Assembly: GCA_964016885.1 (NCBI GenBank) | Contig: OZ024740.1 | Location: 422,344,001 to 422,408,000 of the forward strand | From: Eledone cirrhosa | Lineage: Eukaryota | Direction: 5' to 3' | DNA: 64,000 bases | In this document: one piece after another, positions 15,001-30,000 of the stretch | Numbering within the stretch: the stretch's first letter is position 1 | Layout of the letters: each line of letters begins with the position of its first letter | Notes under the pieces: model-generated | What the model was told of the DNA's origin: nothing | The model's database searches: none | What the model saw: the letters and a program-made list of their open reading frames with translations, nothing else | Position numbers and translations under genes: made by a program

Positions 15001-18000
15001 TTCCTCTGAGTCTCTAACAAATATTGTCCACCATTCTCTCCACTGTGGACTTTAGCAGACTGTCTTGGATTCCTCTGAGTCTCTAACATATATTGTCCAC
15101 CATTCTCTCCACTGTGGACTTTAGCAGACTGTCTTGGACTCCTCTGAGTCTCTAACAAATATTGTCCACCATTCTCTCCACTGTGGACTTTAGCAGACTA
15201 TCTTGGACTCCTCTGAGTCTCTAACAAATATTGTCCACCATTCTCTCCACTGTGGACTTTAGCAGACTGTCTTGGACTCCTCTGAGTGCCTAACAAATAT
15301 TGTCCACCATTCTCTCCACTGTGGACTTTAGCAGACTGTCTTGGATTCCTCTGAGTCTCTAACAAATATTGTCTACCATTCTCTCCGCTGTAGATTTTAG
15401 CAGACTGTCTTGGATTCCTCTGAGTCTCTTATAAATATTGTCTACCATTCTCTCCGCTGTAGATTTTAGCAGACTGTCTTGGATTCCTCTGAGTCTCTAA
15501 CAAATATTGTCCACCATTCTCTCCACTGTGGACTTTAGCAGACTGTCTTGGACTCCTCTGAGTCTCTAACATATATTGTCCACCATTCTCTCCACTGTGG
15601 ACTTTAGCAGACTGTCTTGGACTTCTCTGAGTCTCTAACAAATATTGTCTACCATTCTCTCCACTGTGGACTTTAGCAGACTGTCTTGGACTCCTCTGAG
15701 TCTCTAACAAATATTGTCCACCATTCTCTCCACTGTGGACTTTAGCAGACTGTCTTGGACTTCTCTGAGTCTCTAACATATATTGTCCACCATTCTCTCC
15801 ACTGTGGACTTTAGCAGACTGTCTTGGACTTCTCTGAGTCTCTAACAAATATTGTCTACCATTCTCTCCACTGTGGACTTTAGCAGACTGTTTTGGACTC
15901 CTCTGAGTCTCTAACAAATATTGTCCACCATTCTCTCCACTGTGGACATTAGCAGACTGTCTTGGATTCCTCTGAGACTCTAAAAAATATTGCCCACCAT
16001 TCTGTCCACTGTGGACTTTAGCAGACTGTCTTGGATTCCTCTGAGTCTCTAACAAATATTGTCTACCATTCTCTCCACTGTGGACTTTAGCAGACTGTCT
16101 TGGATTCCTCTGAGTCTCTAACAAATATTGTCCACCATTCTCTCCACTGTGGACTTTAGCAGACTGTCTTGGACTTCTCTGAGTCTCTAACAAATATTGT
16201 CCACCATTCTCTCCACTGTGGACTTTAGCAGACTGTCTTGGACTCTTCTGAGTCTCTAACAAATATTGTCTACCATTCTCTCCACTGTGGACTTTAGCAG
16301 ACTATCTTGGACTTCTCTGAGTCTCTAACAAATATTGTCCACCATTCTCTCCACTGTGGACTTTAGTAGACTGTCTTGGACTTCTCTGAGTCTCTAACAA
16401 ATATTGTCTACCATTCTCTCCACTGTGGACTTTAGCAGACTGTCTTGGATTCCTCTGAGTCTCTAACAAATATTGTCTACCATTCTCTCCACTGTGGACT
16501 TTAGCAGACTGTCTTGGACTTCTCTGAGTCTCTAACAAATATTGTCCACCATTCTCTCCACTGTGGACTTTAGTAGACTGTCTTGGACTTCTCTGAGTCT
16601 CTAACAAATATTGTCTACCATTCTCTCCACTGTGGACTTTAGCAGACTGTCTTGGACTCCTCTGAGTCTCTAACATATATTGTCCACCATTCTCTCCACT
16701 GTGGACTTTAGCAGACTGTCTTGGACTTCTCTGAGTCTCTAACAAATATTGTCTACCATTCTCTCCACTGTGGACTTTAGCAGACTGTCTTGGACTCCTC
16801 TGAGTCTCTAACAAATATTGTCCACCATTCTCTCCACTGTGGACTTTAGCAGACTGTCTTGGACTTCTCTGAGTCTCTAACATATATTGTCCACCATTCT
16901 CTCCACTGTGGACTTTAGCAGACTGTCTTGGACTTCTCTGAGTCTCTAACAAATATTGTCTACCATTCTCTCCACTGTGGACTTTAGCAGACTGTCTTGG
17001 ATTCCTCTGAGTCTCTAACAAATATTGTCTACCATTCTCTCCACTGTAGATTTTAGCAGACTGTCTTGGACTCCTCTGAGTCTCTAACAAATATTGTCCA
17101 CCATTCTCTCCACTGTGGACTTTAGCAGACTGTCTTGGATTCCTCTGAGTCTGTAACAAATATTGTCCACCATTCTGTTCACTGTGGACTTTAGCAGACT
17201 GTCTTGGATTCCTCTGAGTCTCTAACAAATATTGTCCACCATTCTCTCCACTTTGGACTCTAGCAGACTGTCTTGGACTTCTCTGAGTCTCTAACAAATA
17301 TTGTCCATCATTCTCTCCACTGTAGACTTTAGCAGACTGTATTGGACTCCTCTGAGTCTCTAACAAATATTGTCCACCATTCTCTCCACTGTGGACTTTA
17401 GCAGACTGTCTTGGATTCCTCTGAGTCTCTAACAAATATTGTCCACCATTCTCTCCACTGTGGACTTTAGCAGACTGTCTTGGACTCCTCTGAGTCTCTA
17501 ACATATATTGTCCACCATACTCTCCACTGTGGACTTTAGCAGACTGTCGTGGACTCTTCTGAGTCTCTAACAAATATTGTCTACCATTCTCTCCACTGTG
17601 GACTTTAGCAGACTGTCTTGGACTCCTCTGAGTCTCTAACATATATTGTCCACCATTCTCTCCACTGTGGACTTTAGCAGACTGTCTTGGACTCCTCTGA
17701 GTCTGTAACAAATATTGTCCACCATTCTCTCCACTGTGGATATTAGCAGACTGTCTTGGATTCCTCTGAGACTCTAAAAAATATTGCCCACCATTCTGTC
17801 CACTGTGGACTTTAGCAGACTGTCTTGGATTCCTCTGAGTCTCTAACAAATATTGTCCACCATACTCTCCACTCTGGACTTTAGCAGACTGTCTTGGACT
17901 CTTCTGAGTCTCTAACAAATATTGTCTACCATTCTCTCCACTGTGGACTTTAGCAGACTGTCTTGGACTCCTCTGAGTCTCTAACAAATATTGTCCACCA

Positions 18001-21000
18001 TTCTCTCCACTGTGGACTTTAGTAGACTGTCTTGGATTCCTCTGAGTCTCTAACAAATATTGTCCACCATTCTCTCCACTGTGGACTTTAGCAGACTGTC
18101 TTGGATTCCTCTGAGTCTCTAACATATATTGTCCACCATTCTCTCCACTGTGGACTTTAGCAGACTGTCTTGGACTCCTCTGAGTCTCTAACAAATATTG
18201 TCCACCATTCTCTCCACTGTGGACTTTAGCAGACTATCTTGGACTCCTCTGAGTCTCTAACAAATATTGTCCACCATTCTCTCCACTGTGGACTTTAGCA
18301 GACTGTCTTGGACTCCTCTGAGTCCCTAACAAATATTGTCCACCATTCTCTCCACTGTGGACTTTAGCAGACTGTCTTGGATTCCTCTGAGTCTCTAACA
18401 AATATTGTCTACCATTCTCTCCGCTGTAGATTTTAGCAGACTGTCTTGGATTCCTCTGAGTCTCTTATAAATATTGTCTACCATTCTCTCCGCTGTAGAT
18501 TTTAGCAGACTGTCTTGGATTCCTCTGAGTCTCTAACAAATATTGTCCACCATTCTCTCCACTGTGGACTTTAGCAGACTGTCTTAACTCCTCTGAGTCT
18601 CTAACATATATTGTCCACCATTCTCTCCACTGTGGACTTTAGCAGACTGTCTTGGACTTCTCTGAGTCTCTAACAAATATTGTCTACCATTCTCTCCACT
18701 GTGGACTTTAGCAGACTGTCTTGGACTCCTCTGAGTCTCTAACAAATATTGTCCACCATTCTCTCCACTGTGGACTTTAGCAGACTGTCTTGGACTTCTC
18801 TGAGTCTCTAACATATATTGTCCACCATTCTCTCCACTGTGGACTTTAGCAGACTGTCTTGGACTTCTCTGAGTCTCTAACAAATATTGTCTACCATTCT
18901 CTCCACTGTGGACTTTAGCAGACTGTCTTGGATTCCTCTGAGTCTCTAACAAATATTGTCTACCATTCTCTCCACTGTAGATTTTAGCAGACTGTCTTGG
19001 ACTCCTCTGAGTCTCTAACAAATATTGTCCACCATTCTCTCCACTGTGGACTTTAGCAGACTGTCTTGGATTCCTCTGAGTCTGTAACAAATATTGTCCA
19101 CCATTCTGTTCACTGTGGACTTTAGCAGACTGTCTTGGATTCCTCTGAGTCTCTAACAAATATTGTCCACCATTCTCTCCACTTTGGACTCTAGCAGACT
19201 GTCTTGGACTTCTCTGAGTCTCTAACAAATATTGTCTATCATTCTCTCCACTGTAGACTTTAGCAGACTGTATTGGACTCCTCTGAGTCTCTAACAAATA
19301 TTGTCCACCATTCTCTCCACTGTGGACTTTAGCAGACTGTCTTGGATTCCTCTGAGTCTCTAACAAATATTGTCCACCATTCTCTCCACTGTGGACTTTA
19401 GCAGACTGTCTTGGACTCCTCTGAGTCTCTAACATATATTGTCCACCATACTCTCCACTGTGGACTTTAGCAGACTGTCTTGGACTCCTCTGAGTCTGTA
19501 ACAAATATTGTCCACCATTCTCTCCACTGTGGATATTAGCAGACTGTCTTGGATTCCTCTGAGACTCTAAAAAATATTGCCCACCATTCTGTCCACTGTG
19601 GACTTTAGCAGACTGTCTTGGATTCCTCTGAGTCTCTAACAAATATTGTCCACCATACTCTCCACTGTGGACTTTAGCAGACTGTCTTGGACTCTTCTGA
19701 GTCTCTAACAAATATTGTCTACCATTCTCTCCACTGTGGACTTTAGCAGACTGTCTTGGACTCCTCTGAGTCTCTAACAAATATTGTCCACCATTCTCTC
19801 CACTGTGGACTTTAGTAGACTGTCTTGGATTCCTCTGAGTCTCTAACAAATATTGTCCACCATTCTCTCCACTGTGGACTTTAGCAGACTGTCTTGGATT
19901 CCTCTGAGTCTCTAACATATATTGTCCACCATTCTCTCCACTGTGGACTTTAGCAGACTGTCTTGGACTCCTCTGAGTCTCTAACAAATATTGTCCACCA
20001 TTCTCTCCACTGTGGACTTTAGCAGACTATCTTGGACTCCTCTGAGTCTCTAACAAATATTGTCCACCATTCTCTCCACTGTGGACTTTAGCAGACTGTC
20101 TTGGACTCCTCTGAGTCCCTAACAAATATTGTCCACCATTCTCTCCACTGTGGACTTTAGCAGACTGTCTTGGATTCCTCTGAGTCTCTAACAAATATTG
20201 TCTACCATTCTCTCCGCTGTAGATTTTAGCAGACTGTCTTGGATTCCTCTGAGTCTCTTATAAATATTGTCTACCATTCTCTCCGCTGTAGACTTTAGCA
20301 GACTGTCTTGGATTCCTCTGAGTCTCTAACAAATATTGTCCACCATTCTCTCCACTGTGGACTTTAGCAGACTGTCTTGAACTTCTCTGAGTCTCTAACA
20401 AATATTGTCCACATTCTCTCCACTGTGGACTTTAGCAGACTGTCTTGGATTCCTCTGAGTCTCTAACAAATAATGTCCACCATTCTCTCCACTGTGGAGT
20501 TTAGCAGACTGTCTTGGACTCCTCTGAGTCTCTAACATATATTGTCCACCATTCTCTCAACTGTGGAATTTAGCAGACTGTCTTGGATTCCTCTGAGTCT
20601 CTAACAAATATTGTCTACCATTCTCTACACTGTAGACTTTAGCAGATTGTCTTGGACTTCTCCGAGTCTCTAACAAATATTGTCCACCATTCTCTGCACT
20701 GTGGATTTTAGCAGACTGTCTTGGACTTCTCTGAGTCTCTAACAAATATTGTCCACCATTCTCTCCAATGTAGACTTTAGCAGACTGTTTTGGACTCCTC
20801 TGAGTCTCTAACAAATATTGTCTACCATTCTCTCCACTGTAGACTTTAGCAGACTGTTTTGGACTCCTCTGAGTCTCTAACAAATATTGTCCACCATTCT
20901 CTCCACTGTGGACATTAGCAGACTGTCTTGGATTCCTCTGAGACTCTAAAAAATATTGCCCACCATTCTGTCCACTGTGGACTTTAGCAGACTGTCTTGG

Positions 21001-24000
21001 ATTCCTCTGAGTCTCTAACAAATATTGTCCACCATTCTCTCCACTGTGGACTTTAGCAGACTGTCTTGGACTTCTCTGAGTCTCTAACAAATATTGTCCA
21101 CCATTCTCTCCACTGTGGACTTTAGCAGACTGTCTTGGACTCTTCTGAGTCTCTAACAAATATTGTCTACCATTCTCTCCACTGTGGACTTTAGCAGACT
21201 ATCTTGGACTTCTCTGAGTCTCTAACAAATATTGTTCACCATTCTCTCCACTGTGGACTTTAGTAGACTGTCTTGGACTTCTCTGAGTCTCTAACAAATA
21301 TTGTCTACCATTCTCTCCACTGTGGACTTTAGCAGACTGTCTTGGATTCCTCTGAGTCTCTAACAAATATTGTCTACCATTCTCTCCACTGTGGACTTTA
21401 GCAGACTGTCTTGGACTTCTCTGAGTCTCTAACAAATATTGTCCACCATTCTCTCCACTGTGGACTTTAGTAGACTGTCTTGGACTTCTCTGAGTCTCTA
21501 ACAAATATTGTCTACCATTCTCTCCACTGTGGACTTTAGCAGACTGTCTTGGACTCCTCTGAGTCTCTAACATATATTGTCCACCATTCTCTCCACTGTG
21601 GACTTTAGCAGACTGTCTTGGACTTCTCTGAGTCTCTAACAAATATTGTCTACCATTCTCTCCACTGTGGACTTTAGCAGACTGTCTTGGACTCCTCTGA
21701 GTCTCTAACAAATATTGTCCACCATTCTCTCCACTGTGGACTTTAGCAGACTGTCTTGGACTTCTCTGAGTCTCTAACATATATTGTCCACCATTCTCTC
21801 CACTGTGGACTTTAGCAGACTGTCTTGGACTTCTCTGAGTCTCTAACAAATATTGTCTACCATTCTCTCCACTGTGGACTTTAGCAGACTGTCTTGGATT
21901 CCTCTGAGTCTCTAACAAATATTGTCTACCATTCTCTCCACTGTAGATTTTAGCAGACTGTCTTGGACTCCTCTGAGTCTCTAACAAATATTGTCCACCA
22001 TTCTCTCCACTGTGGACTTTAGCAGACTGTCTTGGATTCCTCTGAGTCTGTAACAAATATTGTCCACCATTCTGTTCACTGTGGACTTTAGCAGACTGTC
22101 TTGGATTCCTCTGAGTCTCTAACAAATATTGTCCACCATTCTCTCCACTTTGGACTCTAGCAGACTGTCTTGGACTTCTCTGAGTCTCTAACAAATATTG
22201 TCTATCATTCTCTCCACTGTAGACTTTAGCAGACTGTATTGGACTCCTCTGAGTCTCTAACAAATATTGTCCACCATTCTCTCCACTGTGGACTTTAGCA
22301 GACTGTCTTGGATTCCTCTGAGTCTCTAACAAATATTGTCCACCATTCTCTCCACTGTGGACTTTAGCAGACTGTCTTGGACTCCTCTGAGTCTCTAACA
22401 TATATTGTCCACCATTCTCTCCACTGTGGACTTTAGCAGACTGTCTTGGACTCCTCTGAGTCTGTAACAAATATTGTCCACCATTCTCTCCACTGTGGAC
22501 ATTAGCAGACTGTCTTGGATTCCTCTGAGACACTAAAAAATATTGCCCACCATTCTGTCCACTGTGGACTTTAGCAGACTGTCTTGGATTCCTCTGAGTC
22601 TCTAAGAAATATTGTCCACCATACTCTCCACTGTGGACTTTAGCAGACTGTCTTGGACTCTTCTGAGTCTCTAACAAATATTGTCTACCATTCTCTCCAC
22701 TGTGGACTTTAGCAGACTGTCTTGGACTCCTCTGAGTCTCTAACAAATATTGTCCACCATTCTCTCCACTGTGGACTTTAGTAGACTGTCTTGGATTCCT
22801 CTGAGTCTCTAACAAATATTGTCCACCATTCTCTCCACTGTGGACTTTAGCAGACTGTCTTGGATTCCTCTGAGTCTCTAACATATATTGTCCACCATTC
22901 TCTCCACTGTGGACTTTAGCAGACTGTCTTGGACTCCTCTGAGTCTCTAACAAATATTGTCCACCATTCTCTCCACTGTGGACTTTAGCAGACTGTCTTG
23001 GACTTCTCTGAGTCTCTAACAAATATTGTCCACATTCTCTCCACTGTGGACTTTAGCAGACTGTCTTGGACTTCTCTGAGTCTCTAACAAATATTGTCCA
23101 CCATTCTCTCCACTGTGGACTTTAGCAGACTGTCTTGAACTTCTCTGAGTCTCTAACAAATATTGTCCACATTCTCTCCACTGTGGACTTTAGCAGACTG
23201 TCTTGGACTCCTCTGAGTCTCTAACATATATTGTCCACCATTCTCTCCACTGTGGACTTTAGCAGACTGTCCTGAACTTCTCTGAGTCTCTAACAAATAT
23301 TGTCCACATTCTCTCCACTGTGGACTTTAGCAGACTGTCTTGGACTCCTCTGAGTCTCTAACATATATTGTCCACCATTCTCTCCACTGTAGACTTTAGC
23401 AGACTGTATTGGACTCCTCTGAGTCTCTAACAAATATTGTCCACCATTCTCTCCACTGTGGACTTTAGCAGACTGTCTTGGATTCCTCTGAATCTCTAAC
23501 AAATATTGTCCACCATTCTCTCCACTGTGGACTTTAGCAGACTGTCTTGGACTCCTCTGAGTCTCTAACATATATTGTCCACCATTCTCTCCACTGTGGA
23601 CTTTAGCAGACTGTCTTGGACTCCTCTGAGTCTGTAACAAATATTGTCCACCATTCTCTCCACTGTGGATATTAGCAGACTGTCTTGGATTCCTCTGAGA
23701 CTCTAAAAAATATTGCCCACCATTCTGTCCACTGTGGACTTTAGCAGACTGTCTTGGATTCCTCTGAGTCTCTAACAAATATTGTCCACCATACTCTCCA
23801 CTGTGGACTTTAGCAGACTGTCTTGGACTCTTCTGAGTCTCTAACAAATATTGTCTACCATTCTCTCCACTGTGGACTTTAGCAGACTGTCTTGGACTCC
23901 TCTGAGTCTCTAACAAATATTGTCCACCATTCTCTCCACTGTGGACTTTAGTAGACTGTCTTGGATTCCTCTGAGTCTCTAACAAATATTGTCCACCATT

Positions 24001-27000
24001 CTCTCCACTGTGGACTTTAGCAGACTGTCTTGGATTCCTCTGAGTCTCTAACATATATTGTCCACCATTCTCTCCACTGTGGACTTTAGCAGACTGTCTT
24101 GGACTCCTCTGAGTCTCTAACAAATATTGTCCACCATTCTCTCCACTGTGGACTTTAGCAGACTATCTTGGACTCCTCTGAGTCTCTAACAAATATTGTC
24201 CACCATTCTCTCCACTGTGGACTTTAGCAGACTGTCTTGGATTCCTCTGAGTCTCTAACAAATATTGTCTACCATTCTCTCCGCTGTAGATTTTAGCAGA
24301 CTGTCTTGGATTCCTCTGAGTCTCTTATAAATATTGTCTACCATTCTCTCCGCTGTAGATTTTAGCAGACTGTCTTGGATTCCTCTGAGTCTCTAACAAA
24401 TATTGTCCACCATTCTCTCCACTTTGGACTCTAGCAGACTGTCTTGGACTTCTCTGAGTCTCTAACAAATATTGTCTATCATTCTCTCCACTGTAGACTT
24501 TAGCAGACTGTATTGGACTCCTCTGAGTCTCTAACAAATATTGTCCACCATTCTCTCCACTGTGGACTTTAGCAGACTGTCTTGGATTCCTCTGAGTCTC
24601 TAACAAATATTGTCCACCATTCTCTCCACTGTGGACTTTAGCAGTCTGTCTTGGACTACTCTGAGTCTCTAACATATATTGTCCACCATTCTCTCCACTG
24701 TGGACTTTAGCAGACTGTCTTGGACTCCTCTGAGTCTGTAACAAATATTGTCCACCATTCTCTCCACTGTGGACATTAGCAGACTGTCTTGGATTCCTCT
24801 GAGACACTAAAAAATATTGCCCACCATTCTGTCCACTGTGGACTTTAGCAGACTGTCTTGGATTCCTCTGAGTCTCTAAGAAATATTGTCCACCATACTC
24901 TCCACTGTGGACTTTAGCAGACTGTCTTGGACTCTTCTGAGTCTCTAACAAATATTGTCTACCATTCTCTCCACTGTGGACTTTAGCAGACTGTCTTGGA
25001 CTCCTCTGAGTCTCTAACAAATATTGTCCACCATTCTCTCCACTGTGGACTTTAGTAGACTGTCTTGGATTCCTCTGAGTCTCTAACAAATATTGTCCAC
25101 CATTCTCTCCACTGTGGACTTCAGCAGACTGTCTTGGATTCCTCTGAGTCTCTAACATATATTGTCCACCATTCTCTCCACTGTGGACTTTAGCAGACTG
25201 TCTTGGACTCCTCTGAGTCTCTAACAAATATTGTCCACCATTCTCTCCACTGTGGACTTTAGCAGACTGTCTTGGACTTCTCTGAGTCTCTAACAAATAT
25301 TGTCCACATTCTCTCCACTGTGGACTTTAGCAGACTGTCTTTGACTTCTCTGAGTCTCTAACAAATATTGTCCACCATTCTCTCCACTGTGGACTTTAGC
25401 AGACTGTCTTGAACTTCTCTGAGTCTCTAACAATATTGTCCACATTCTCTCCACTGTGGACTTTAGCAGACTGTCTTGGACTCCTCTGAGTCTCTAACAT
25501 ATATTGTCCACCATTCTCTCCACTGTGGACTTTAGCAGACTGTCTTGAACTTCTCTGAGTCTCTAACAAATATTGTCCACATTCTCTCCACTGTGGACTT
25601 TAGCAGACTGTCTTGGACTCCTCTGAGTCTCTAACATATATTGTCCACCATTCTCTCCACTGTAGACTTTAGCAGACTGTCTTGGACTCTTCTGAGTCTC
25701 TAACAAATATTGTCCACCATTCACTCCACTGTGGACTTTAGCAGACTGTCTTGGACTTCTCTGAGTCTCTAACAAATATTGTCCACCATTCTCTCCACTG
25801 TGGACTTTAGCAGACTGTCTTGAACTTCTCTGAGTCTCTAACAAATATTGTCCACATTCTCTCCACTGTGGACTTTAGCAGACTGTCTTGGACTCCTCTG
25901 AGTCTCTAACAAATATTGTCTACCATTCTCTCCACTGTGGACTTTAGCAGACTGTCTTGGACTCCTCTGAGTCTCTAACAAATATTGTCCACCATTCTCT
26001 CCACTGTGGACTTTAGTAGACTGTCTTGGATTCCTCTGAGTCTCTAACAAATATTGTCCACCATTCTCTCCACTGTGGACTTTAGCAGACTGTCTTGGAT
26101 TCCTCTGAGTCTCTAACAAATATTGTCCACTATTCTGTCCACTGTGGACTTTAGCAGACTGTCTTGGATTCCTCTGAGTCTCTAACAAATATTGTCCACC
26201 ATTCTCTCCACTGTGGACTTTAGCAGACTGTCTTGGACTTCTCTGAGTCTCTAACAAATATTGTCCACCATTCTCTCCACTGTGGACTTTAGCAGACTGT
26301 CTTGGACTCCTCTGAGTCTCTAACAAATATTGTCTACCATTCTCTCCACTGTGGACTTTAGCAGACTGTCTTGGACTCCTCTGAGTCTCTAACAAATATT
26401 GTCTACCATTCTCTCCACTGTGGACTTTAACAGACTGTCTTGGACTTCTCTGTGTCTCTAACAAATATTGTCTACCATTCTCTCCACTGTGGACTTTAGC
26501 AGACTGGCTTGGACTCCTCTGAGTCTCTAACAAATATTGTCTACCATTCTCTCCACTGTGGACTTTAGCAGACTGTCTTGGACTTCTCTGAGTCCCTAAC
26601 AAATATTGTCTACCATTCTCTCCACTGTGGACTTTAGCAGACTGTCTTGGATTCCTCTGAGTCTCTAACAAATATTGTCCACCATTCTGTCCACTGTGGA
26701 CTTTAGCAGACTGTCTTGGATTCCTCTGAGTCTCTAACAAATATTGTCCACCATTCTCTCCACTGTGGACTTTAGCAGACTGTCTTGGACTCCTCTGAGT
26801 CTCTAACATATATTGTCCACCATTCCCTCCACTGTGGACTTTAGCAGACTGTCATGGACTCCTCTGAGTCTCTAACAAATATTGTCCACCATTCTCTCCA
26901 CTGTGGACTTTAGCAGACTGTCTTGGACTCCTCTGAGTCTCTAACAAATATTGTCCACCATTCTCTCCACTGTGGACTTTAGCAGACTGTCTTGGACTCC

Positions 27001-30000
27001 TCTGAGTCCCTAACAAATATTGTCCACCATTCTCTCCACTATGGACTTTAGCAGACTGTCTTGGATTCCTCTGAGTCTCTAACAAATATTGTCTACCATT
27101 CTCTCCGCTGTAGATTTTAGCAGACTGTCTTGGATTCCTCTGAGTCTCTAACAAATATTGTCCACCATTCTGTCCACTGTGGACTTTAGCAGACTGTCTT
27201 GGATTCCTCTGAGTCTCTAACAAATATTGTCCACCATTCTCTCCACTGTGGACTTTAGTAGACTGTCTTGGACTTCTCTGAGTCTCTAACAAATATTGTC
27301 CACCATTCTCTCCACTGTGGACTTTAGCAGACTGTCTTGAACTTCTCTGAGTCTCTAACAAATATTGTCCACATTCTCTCCACTGTGGACTTTAGCAGAC
27401 TGTCTTGGACTCCTCTGAGTCTCTAACAAATATTGTCCACCATTCTCTCCACTGTGGACTTTAGCAGACTGTCTTGGACTCCTCTGAGTCTCTAACAAAT
27501 ATTGTCTACCATTCTCTCCACTGTGAATTTTAACAGACTGTCTTGGACTTCTCTGAGTCTCTAACAAATATTGTCTACCATTCTCTCCGCTGTAGATTTT
27601 AGCAGACTGTCTTGGATTCCTCTGAGTCTCTAACAAATATTGTCCACCATTCTGTCCACTGTGGACTTTAGCAGACTGTCTTGGATTCCTCTGAGTCTCT
27701 AACAAATATTGTCCACCATTCTCTCCACTGTGGACTTTAGCAGACTGTCTTGGATTCCTCTGAGTCTCTAACAAATATTGTCCACCATTCTCTCCACTGT
27801 GGACTTTAGCAGACTGTCTTGGACTTCTCTGAGTCTCTAACAAATATTGTCCACATTCTCTCCACTGTGGACTTTAGCAGACTGTCTTGGACTCCTCTGA
27901 GTCTCTAACAAATATTGTCTACCATTCTCTCCACTGTGGACTTTAGCAGACTGTCTTGGATTCCTCTGAGTCTCTAACAAATAATGTCCACCATTCTCTC
28001 CACTGTGGAGTTTAGCAGACTGTCTTGGACTCCTCTGAGTCTCTAACATATATTGTCCACCATTCTCTCAACTGTGGACTTTAGCAGACTGTCTTGGATT
28101 CCTCTGAGTCTCTAACAAATATTGTCTACCATTCTCTCCACTGTAGACTTTAGCAGATTGTCTTGGACTTCTCTGAGTCTCTAACAAATATTGTCCACCA
28201 TTCTCTGCACTGTGGATTTTAGCAGACTGTCCTGGACTTCTCTGAGTCTCTAACAAATATTGTCCACCATTCTCTCCACTGTAGACTTTAGTAGACTGTC
28301 TTGGATTCCTCTGAGTCTCTAACATATATTGTCTACCATTCTCTCCAATGTAGACTTTAGCAGACTGTTTTGGACTCCTCTGAGTCTATAACAAATATTG
28401 TCTACCATTCTCTCCACTGTAGATTTTAGCAGACTGTCTTGGACTCCTCTGAGTCTCTAACATATATTGTCTACCATTCTCTCCACTGTAGATTTTAGCA
28501 GACTGTCTTGGACTCCTCTGAGTCTCTAACATATATTGTCCACCATTCCCTCCACTGTGGACTTTAGCAGACTGTCTTGGACTCCTCTGAGTCTCTAACA
28601 AATATTGTCCACCATTCTCTCCACTGTGGACTTTAGCAGACTATCTTGGACTCCTCTGAGTCTCTAACAAATATTGTCCACCATTCTCTCCACTGTGGAC
28701 TTTAGCAGACTGTCTTGGACTCCTCTGAGTCCGTAACAAATATTGTCCACCATTCTCTCCACTATGTACTTTAGCAGACTGTCTTGGATTCCTCTGAGTC
28801 TCTAACAAATATTGTCTACCATTCTCTCCGCTGTAGATTTTAGCAGACTGTCTTGGATTCCTCTGAGTCTCTAACAAATATTGTCCACCATTCTGTCCAC
28901 TGTGGACTTTAGCAGACTGTCTTGGATTCCTCTGAGTCTCTAACAAATATTGTCCACCATTCTCTCCACTGTAGATTTTAGCAGACTGTCTTGGACTCCT
29001 CTGAGTCTCTAACATATATTGTCTACCATTCTCTCCAATGTAGACTTTAGCAGACTGTTTTGGACTACTCTGAGTCTCTAACAAATATTGTCTACCATTC
29101 TCTCCACTGTAGATTTTAGCAGACTGTCTTGGACTCCTCTGAGTCTCTAACATATATTGTCTACCATTCTCTCCAATGTAGACTTTAGCAGACTGTTTTG
29201 GACTCCTCTGAGTCTCTAACAAATATTGTCCACCATTCTCTCCACTGTGGACATTAGCAGACCGTCTTGGATTCCTCTGAGACTCTAAAAAATATTGCCC
29301 ACCATTCTGTCCACTGTGGACTTTAGCAGACTGTCTTGGATTCTTCTGAGTCTCTAACAAATATTGTCCACCATACTCTCCACTGTGGACTTTAGCAGAC
29401 TGTCTTGGACTCTTCTGAGTCTCTAACAAATATTGTCTACCATTCTCTCCACTGTGGACTTTAGCAGACTGTCTTGGACTTCTCTGAGTCTCTAACAAAT
29501 ATTGTCCACCATTCTCTCCACTGTGGACTTTAGTAGACTGTCTTGGACTTCTCTGAGTCTCTAACAAATATTGTCCACCATTCTCTCCACTGTGGACTTT
29601 AGTAGACTGTCTTGGACTTCTCTGAGTCTCTAACAAATATTGTCTATCATTCTCTCCACTGTAGATTTTAGCAGACTGTCTTGGACTCCTCTGAGTCTCT
29701 AACAAATATTGTCTACCATTCTCTCCACTGTGGACTTTAGCAGACTGTCTTGGACTCCTCTGAGTCTCTAACAAATATTGTCCACCATTCTCTCCACTGT
29801 GGACTTTAGCAGACTGTCTTGGACTCCTCTGAGTCTCTAACATATATTGTCCACCATTCCCTCCACTGTGGACTTTAGCAGACTGTCTTGGACTCCTCTG
29901 AGTCTCTAACAAATATTGTCCACCATTCTCTCCACTGTGGACTTTAGCAGACTATCTTGGACTCCTCTGAGTCTCTAACAAATATTGTCCACCATTCTCT

